Below, piece after piece: positions 54,312 to 58,902 of a stretch of 58,902 nucleotides of DNA. Made by a program: the position numbers and the translations under genes. Every line of letters starts with the position of its first letter. Within the stretch, counting starts at the first letter, position 1. The stretch covers positions 1 through 58,902 of the forward strand of contig CAINGB010000030.1 in assembly GCA_903848275.1 (NCBI GenBank), in the 5' to 3' direction. The notes under the pieces are model-generated. The model ran no database searches. It saw only the letters and a list, made by a program, of their open reading frames with translations, and was not told where the DNA came from. This DNA is from Candidatus Uhrbacteria bacterium (lineage in GTDB: Bacteria; Patescibacteriota; Patescibacteriia; UBA9934).

Positions 54312-55697
54312 CTACCCCACACTCCCCGTCATTTCTAAATCGATGAGACGGTTCAGTTCGATGGCGTATTCGAGGGGGAGTTCGCGGACGATGGGTTCGA
54401 GGAAGCCGTTGACGATGAGACGGCGGGCGGCGTCGGCGTCGAGGCCACGGGAGGCGAGGTAAAACATTTCGGCGTCACCGATGCGGCCAGTCGAGGCTTC
54501 GTGGGCGACGGTTGAGGTTGGTGATTCAACTTTCATGGTGGGGAGAGTGTCAGTCGAGGAGGCGGCGTCGAGGAGTAAGGCGTCACAGACGACGCTGGAG
54601 GTGCTATTTTTGGCGCCGGGGGTGAGGCGAACGTAGCCGCGGTAGATGCTTTTGCCGCCGTCTTTGCTGACGGATTTCGACCTGATGGTCGATGAAGTGT
54701 TGGGCGCGACGTGGATCATTTTGGCGCCAGTGTCTTGAACCTGACCGGCTCCGGCGAAGGCCACGCCCAGGAAGTCGCTGCGAGCTCCCTCCCCACGGAG
54801 GATGCTGGCTGGGTAGAGCATGGTGAGGCCAGAACCGAAGTTACCGTTGACCCATTCCATCACGGCGCCAGCGTCGACCAAAGCACGTTTGGTGTTGAGG
54901 TTGAAAGTGTTCTTGCTCCAGTTTTCGATGGACGAGTAGCGCATGCGGGCCTTGGCGGCCACAAAGATTTCGACGCAACCGGCGTGCAAGGATTGGACGG
55001 TGAAACGTGGCGCGGAGCAGCCTTCGATGTAGTGCAGTTCCGCGCCCTCGTCGACCACGATGAGGGTGTGTTCAAACTGGCCGCCGTGTTTGGCGTTCAT
55101 GCGGAAGTAGGCTTGGAGTGGAATGGTGACCTTAACGCCGGGCGGGACGTAGATGAAGGTGCCACCGCTCCAGACGGCGGCGTGCAGCATGGCGAATTTG
55201 TGGTCATGAATGGGTACGCAGCTGGTCATGAAGTATTTGGCGACGAGGTCTGGGTAGAGTTTGACGGCGGCGTCCATGTTTTCGAAAATAACACCCTTGG
55301 CTGACCATTCGGCTTTGAGGTTGTGATAAATAACGTCACTGTCGTATTGCGCGCCAACTCCAGCTAACAAATCCTGCTCGGTCTTGGGGATGCCTAGTTT
55401 GTCGAAGGTACTGCGAATTTCTGGCGGGACGTCGTCCCAACTTTTTTGCTCGTCGGTATCGGGGCGGACGTAGTAGACGAGGCTGTCGAAGTCGATAACG
55501 GATAAGTCGGGACCCCAGTTGGGCAACGGGGTTTTGAGGAAGAGGTCCAAGGCGGCTAGGCGCTTCTCCAACAACCAGCTTGGTTCCTCTTTTTGACGGG
55601 AAATCTCAACTACAACGTCGCGGCTCAGCCCGGGTTTGGCCTGGTATTTGGGCGCCCCCTGCTGTGATTCGTCGAGAATGGCGCGAAGGCCTTGCAT
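54312..55697 (-). CDS. sufB: Fe-S cluster assembly protein SufB
   Basis: 461 aa; FYLASRGLDADAARRLIVNGF and overall SufB pattern. Confidence 0.9.
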   Translation of the reverse strand: MQGLRAILDESQQGAPKYQAKPGLSRDVVVEISRQKEEPSWLLEKRLAALDLFLKTPLPNWGPDLSVIDFDSLVYYVRPDTDEQKSWDDVPPEIRSTFDKLGIPKTEQDLLAGVGAQYDSDVIYHNLKAEWSAKGVIFENMDAAVKLYPDLVAKYFMTSCVPIHDHKFAMLHAAVWSGGTFIYVPPGVKVTIPLQAYFRMNAKHGGQFEHTLIVVDEGAELHYIEGCSAPRFTVQSLHAGCVEIFVAAKARMRYSSIENWSKNTFNLNTKRALVDAGAVMEWVNGNFGSGLTMLYPASILRGEGARSDFLGVAFAGAGQVQDTGAKMIHVAPNTSSTIRSKSVSKDGGKSIYRGYVRLTPGAKNSTSSVVCDALLLDAASSTDTLPTMKVESPTSTVAHEASTGRIGDAEMFYLASRGLDADAARRLIVNGFLEPIVRELPLEYAIELNRLIDLEMTGSVG

Positions 55698-55726
55698 AAT
55701 GGGTCTATCCTAACACAACAGTGAGG

Positions 55727-55757
55727 GTTGACCAACACCGGGTGTTGATTATGAAGA
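55727..55757 (+). repeat. 31-nt hairpin motif, copy d (gttgaccaacaccgggtgttgattatgaaga)
   Basis: 30 nt upstream of the sufB ATG 55697; its right end supplies the last codons and stop of rnhB. Confidence 0.7.
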
Positions 55758-56369
55758 ACAGAAAGTAACCCGATGGTGCGGGGTGAGGCCGTGAGTCGAG
55801 ATGGCGGCGAAGTGGGCGGCGGTGCCGTAGCCTTTGTGGGAAGAGAAGCCGTAAGCGGGATATTCGAGAGAGAGTTGTTCGAGGAGATTATCGCGGTAGA
55901 CTTTAGCGAGAATGCTGGCGGCGGCTATTGATAAGATTTTGGCGTCGCCGTGAATGACGGATTTTTGAGGGATGATGAGATTAGGGACGCAGAATTTGCC
56001 GTCGACGAGGAGATAAGAGTTGGTGAGATCATCGATGGGCAAGGATTCGATGGCGCGGCGCATGGCCAGGAGCGAAGCGTGGTGGATGTTGAGATTATCG
56101 ACTTCCGCGGCACTAGCTGAGGCGATGGCGAAAGAGATGGCGCGGCGGCGGAGATAGGCGTCGGCCTCCGCGCGTTGCTTGGCGCTCAAGGTTTTGCTGT
56201 CGCGGATGATGGCCCTGGCGTCGTCCTTGGGCATTATCGACGGGAGAATGGCGGCGGCAGCGACTACGGGGCCAGCTAGGCAACCGCGACCAACTTCATC
56301 CACGCCGATGATGGTGGCATGACCGGCGCGGCGGAGGGAGTTTTCGGTGCGGAGGGTTAAGAGGGGCAT
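55749..56369 (-). CDS. rnhB: ribonuclease HII
   Basis: 206 aa; GVDEVGRGCLAGPVV and DSK motifs. Confidence 0.9.
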   Translation of the reverse strand: MPLLTLRTENSLRRAGHATIIGVDEVGRGCLAGPVVAAAAILPSIMPKDDARAIIRDSKTLSAKQRAEADAYLRRRAISFAIASASAAEVDNLNIHHASLLAMRRAIESLPIDDLTNSYLLVDGKFCVPNLIIPQKSVIHGDAKILSIAAASILAKVYRDNLLEQLSLEYPAYGFSSHKGYGTAAHFAAISTHGLTPHHRVTFCSS

Positions 56370-56379
56370 AAGTGGTGAG

Positions 56380-56388
56380 ATTGTAGCA
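56380..56388 (-). promoter_or_regulatory. extended -10 TGcTACAAT, 10 nt before the rnhB ATG (leaderless)
   Basis: attgtagca on the plus strand. Confidence 0.45.
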
Positions 56389-56403
56389 CTCTAGAAGATA
56401 AGC

Positions 56404-56409
56404 TACACT
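56404..56409 (+). promoter_or_regulatory. -10 box TACACT, 8 nt before ATG 56418 (leaderless)
   Basis: gctacactccttgcatATG. Confidence 0.4.
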
Positions 56410-56417
56410 CCTTGCAT

Positions 56418-57050
56418 ATGAAAAACTTGGCGAAGTTACTGGCGGTGCTGCAGATTACCAGGGAACAGCCGCAATATGGGTACTTTTTGAGTGGCGTGAG
56501 GGCGCATGAGACGTCCAACCTGGCCGAGCATCACTACCTCGTCAGCATGATTGCTTGGTTGTTGTGCGAGAATATTAATGAGGATGAGCAGTTGGTGGAT
56601 ACAGATGCGGTGATGAAGATGTGCATGCTGCATGACTTGGGTGAGTTGTTTGGCGGTGATTTGTCCGCTCCCCTGTCGAGAAAGAAGCCAGAGATGAAGG
56701 TGCATGCTAGGGCGCTTGAAGCCTTGAACTTTGGGTTTTTGACGGCTTTTTTGACGCCGAATGTCAACGCTAAATTAACGGCGATTTATGACAGGACAGA
56801 GAACAAGGACACGGACGAGGGGGTGATTGTGAAGTTTGCCGACATGATTGAGTGCCAGTTCTTTTTGGATCATATTGGTAGTAAAAGTGGGCATCGGCCG
56901 GACTTTTATGCCAATCATGTGAAGGCGCTGATTGAAAAGATTGAGAATCCAAGGGTGAAGGCTAAGATGCTGGATTTTGCGGAGGGATTTGAGAGGGATG
57001 TGTGGGGACAAGGGGCGAGGGCGGGCGATTTTATTATTAATCAGGAGTAA
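56418..57050 (+). CDS. HD domain phosphohydrolase (YfbR-like)
   Basis: 210 aa; EHHYLV and MLHDLGELFGGD motifs. Confidence 0.7.
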   Translation: MKNLAKLLAVLQITREQPQYGYFLSGVRAHETSNLAEHHYLVSMIAWLLCENINEDEQLVDTDAVMKMCMLHDLGELFGGDLSAPLSRKKPEMKVHARALEALNFGFLTAFLTPNVNAKLTAIYDRTENKDTDEGVIVKFADMIECQFFLDHIGSKSGHRPDFYANHVKALIEKIENPRVKAKMLDFAEGFERDVWGQGARAGDFIINQE

Positions 57051-57112
57051 TCGCCGATTATTGACTAAAAACGCCTGACGGTCTATTATTACCCCGCTTA
57101 GAGACACAAAAT

Positions 57113-57189
57113 GGGTGTGTAGCTCAGTTGGTTAGAGCGTTTCTCTGATAAGGAAGAGGTCGATGGTTCGAATCCATCCACACCCACCA
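57113..57189 (+). tRNA. tRNA-Ile (anticodon GAT), CCA encoded
   Basis: Acceptor GGGTGTG/CACACCC, anticodon loop CTGATAA. Confidence 0.95.
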
Positions 57190-57196
57190 GAAAAGA

Positions 57197-57271
57197 GCCT
57201 GGGTAGCTCAGTGGTAGAGCAAGGGTCTGAAGAACCCTGTGTCGTCAGTTCGATCCTGACCCCAGGCACCA
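57197..57271 (+). tRNA. tRNA-Phe (anticodon GAA), CCA encoded
   Basis: Acceptor GCCTGGG/CCCAGGC, anticodon loop CTGAAGA. Confidence 0.95.
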
Positions 57272-57295
57272 GAGGGTTAACAAAGTAGAAAATTT

Positions 57296-57371
57296 CGGGC
57301 TATAGCGCAGTTGGTAGCGCGCCTGGTTTGGGACCAGGAGGCCGAGGGTTCAAATCCCTCTGGCCCGACCA
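57296..57371 (+). tRNA. tRNA-Pro (anticodon TGG), CCA encoded
   Basis: Acceptor CGGGCTA/TGGCCCG, anticodon loop TTTGGGA. Confidence 0.95.
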
Positions 57372-57377
57372 AAAAAA

Positions 57378-57402
57378 CTTCAGCTTCGGCTGAGGTTTTT
57401 TT
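57378..57402 (+). terminator. rho-independent terminator of the tRNA cluster
   Basis: cttcagc ttcg gctgagg then ttttttt. Confidence 0.8.
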
Positions 57403-57445
57403 GTTGTCGACGAGGTGAGAGGCGCGGCCAAATCCCTCTTATGCT

Positions 57446-57514
57446 AAACAGAACGCGAGACTCGGGGAGTCCCTCGGTCGACGAAAGGGACACCCCACTC
57501 GTCTTCGTTCTGTT
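57446..57514 (-). repeat. long covarying hairpin element, copy 2 (compact form)
   Basis: aacagaacgcgagactcggggagtccct ... agggacaccccactcgtcttcgttctgtt; outer stem differs from copy 1 but still pairs. Confidence 0.6.
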
Positions 57515-57618
57515 ACAGTGCGTCATGACGGAAACGATCCGTTGCATGGGCATAAAAGGCGAAACGACCTGCAGCCCACGGGAGGGCGGCAAGTCGTTCG
57601 AGACGAGGGCTGGCTCGA

Positions 57619-58059
57619 CTAGTCCTGGGAGCTAGCGAGGATGCGGTCGATGGTGGCGATGAGGATGTTTCCAGGATCGCCGCTCAGCAGGTTGCACTGC
57701 TGCACCAGAGGCGGGGTACGAACACTGGGCGCCAGAAATTTGCGGCCGTGCGTAGCGAGGATGACGGACAGGCGCTCACGACCGGTGTGCCGCAGTGCGC
57801 AGATGGCGGGGAGGACCGCTTCCGCCAGAGCGATCTCGTCTGGTTCGTTCGCCGCCAAGTGGAAGACGAACACGACGTCGACATCGAAGGTGAGGTAGGT
57901 CGCGACGATCTCGGCGATGCCTGGCCTCAGCTCACCAGCTGAGAGATACGGAATGAAGCGCCCGGTAGCACCAAGACAGTCCATGAGGGTGTTGCTGAAC
58001 TGGTCGAAGCGGGTGCTGGCGACAAAGACGATGGGCTTACGAGTAGAAAGGACGGGCAT
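57619..58059 (-). CDS. hypothetical alpha/beta protein (GC-rich insert)
   Basis: 146 aa; GAGG 5 nt upstream; alternating beta-strand-like (IVFVAS, VVFVFHL, SVILATHG) and helical segments. Confidence 0.5.
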   Translation of the reverse strand: MPVLSTRKPIVFVASTRFDQFSNTLMDCLGATGRFIPYLSAGELRPGIAEIVATYLTFDVDVVFVFHLAANEPDEIALAEAVLPAICALRHTGRERLSVILATHGRKFLAPSVRTPPLVQQCNLLSGDPGNILIATIDRILASSQD

Positions 58060-58073
58060 GAGAACCTCGGGGA

Positions 58074-58086
58074 CCAGCTCAGCTGG
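58074..58086. repeat. CCAGCTCAGCTGG palindrome, copy 4
   Basis: Context cctcggggaccagctcagctggccg, in the 5' leader of 57619..58059. Confidence 0.65.
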
Positions 58087-58146
58087 CCGTTGGGTGATTT
58101 GTGCGTCGACATACTAGCCTGATGTTAGCTAAAATGTCAAACAAAA

Positions 58147-58180
58147 AGCCCTCGTTGACCAGGAGGCCGCGAGGGTTTTT
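58147..58180 (-). terminator. rho-independent terminator about 100 nt downstream of the 16S 3' end
   Basis: Minus strand: aaaaaccctcg cggcctcctggtcaa cgagggcttttt. Confidence 0.65.
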
Positions 58181-58282
58181 GTACTGAAATAAACCAGTGA
58201 AGAATTGACAACTTGGTGATTACAACGTCCGTTACCAACAATCTTGCGAAAGTTGGCCTCGACCTTAAAGGGTCTATCCCTA

Positions 58283-58902
<620 letters not shown>

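Noticed and set aside
54116-54346. 76-aa ORF in the sufB-sufD spacer, and the 274-aa extended SufD (53422..54246).
   Set aside because: The translations across the spacer are Arg/Ala/Leu/Pro-rich with no SufD similarity. SufD-like sequence begins at MPNLVKNYG (54132).
23644-55757. The 31-nt motif read as a plus-strand promoter using its TTGATT as the -35 box.
   Set aside because: Only copy a has a -10 box (TGtTACAAT) at the right distance. Copies b, c and d have none and would transcribe antisense to real genes. The minus-strand reading fits all four copies better.
57403-57618. Known small RNAs (5S rRNA, SRP RNA, tmRNA, RNase P RNA, 6S) in the non-coding stretch after the tRNA cluster, and likewise in 50290..50480.
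   Set aside because: None of the conserved cores I know were visible on either strand. That covers the SRP GGAA/AGCA helix-8 motif, the RNase P GAGGAAAGUCC box, the tmRNA tRNA-like end and the 5S loop motifs.

Overview
About 59 kb of chromosome from a small-genome bacterium. It looks like a CPR/Patescibacteria-type organism; this is an inference from short housekeeping genes, gene content and a divergent 16S 3' half at the right edge. No computation was run: all calls come from reading the sequence and the ORF track.

Content:
- Housekeeping genes: truB (5'-truncated), rny, hup, proS, rnc, nusB, rpmF, gyrA, rpsA, ftsH, rsmE, tsaE/tsaD, clpP, sufB-D-S-U-C, rnhB.
- RNA genes: six tRNAs (Arg-TCG, Lys-CTT, Glu-TTC, Ile-GAT, Phe-GAA, Pro-TGG, all with encoded CCA) and a partial 16S rRNA.
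- Envelope and stress genes: PilB-type ATPase, VanW, Hsp20, Fe/Mn SOD, PAP2, CaCA antiporter, AI-2E transporter.
- Three toxin-antitoxin modules: RelE-type, AbiEi/AbiEii, HEPN/MNT.
- No transposase, integrase, reverse transcriptase, CRISPR array or cas gene was seen.

Most interesting signals:
1. At least nine short, visibly GC-rich, Shine-Dalgarno-led one- or two-gene inserts are scattered through a lower-GC genome. Many of the native genes look leaderless, with an extended -10 box 8-10 nt before the ATG.
2. A locus at 38.7-41.0 kb holds three paralogous small coiled-coil-like genes. They share a conserved SD-less C-rich leader. An 84-nt near-identical direct repeat brackets one GC-rich secreted-protein gene, next to tRNA-Glu.
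3. Several dispersed structured repeat families:
   - a 27-31 nt perfect palindrome, present both as an intergenic hairpin and in frame inside tsaE;
   - a 31-nt hairpin motif upstream of four minus-strand genes, with compensatory changes;
   - a long covarying hairpin element that fills the nusB-rnc spacer and recurs near the 16S gene;
   - a CCAGCTCAGCTGG palindrome in four copies.
4. A 320-bp convergent spacer packed with perfect palindromes.
5. A 16S gene that is terminated on its own, with no 23S downstream in this window.
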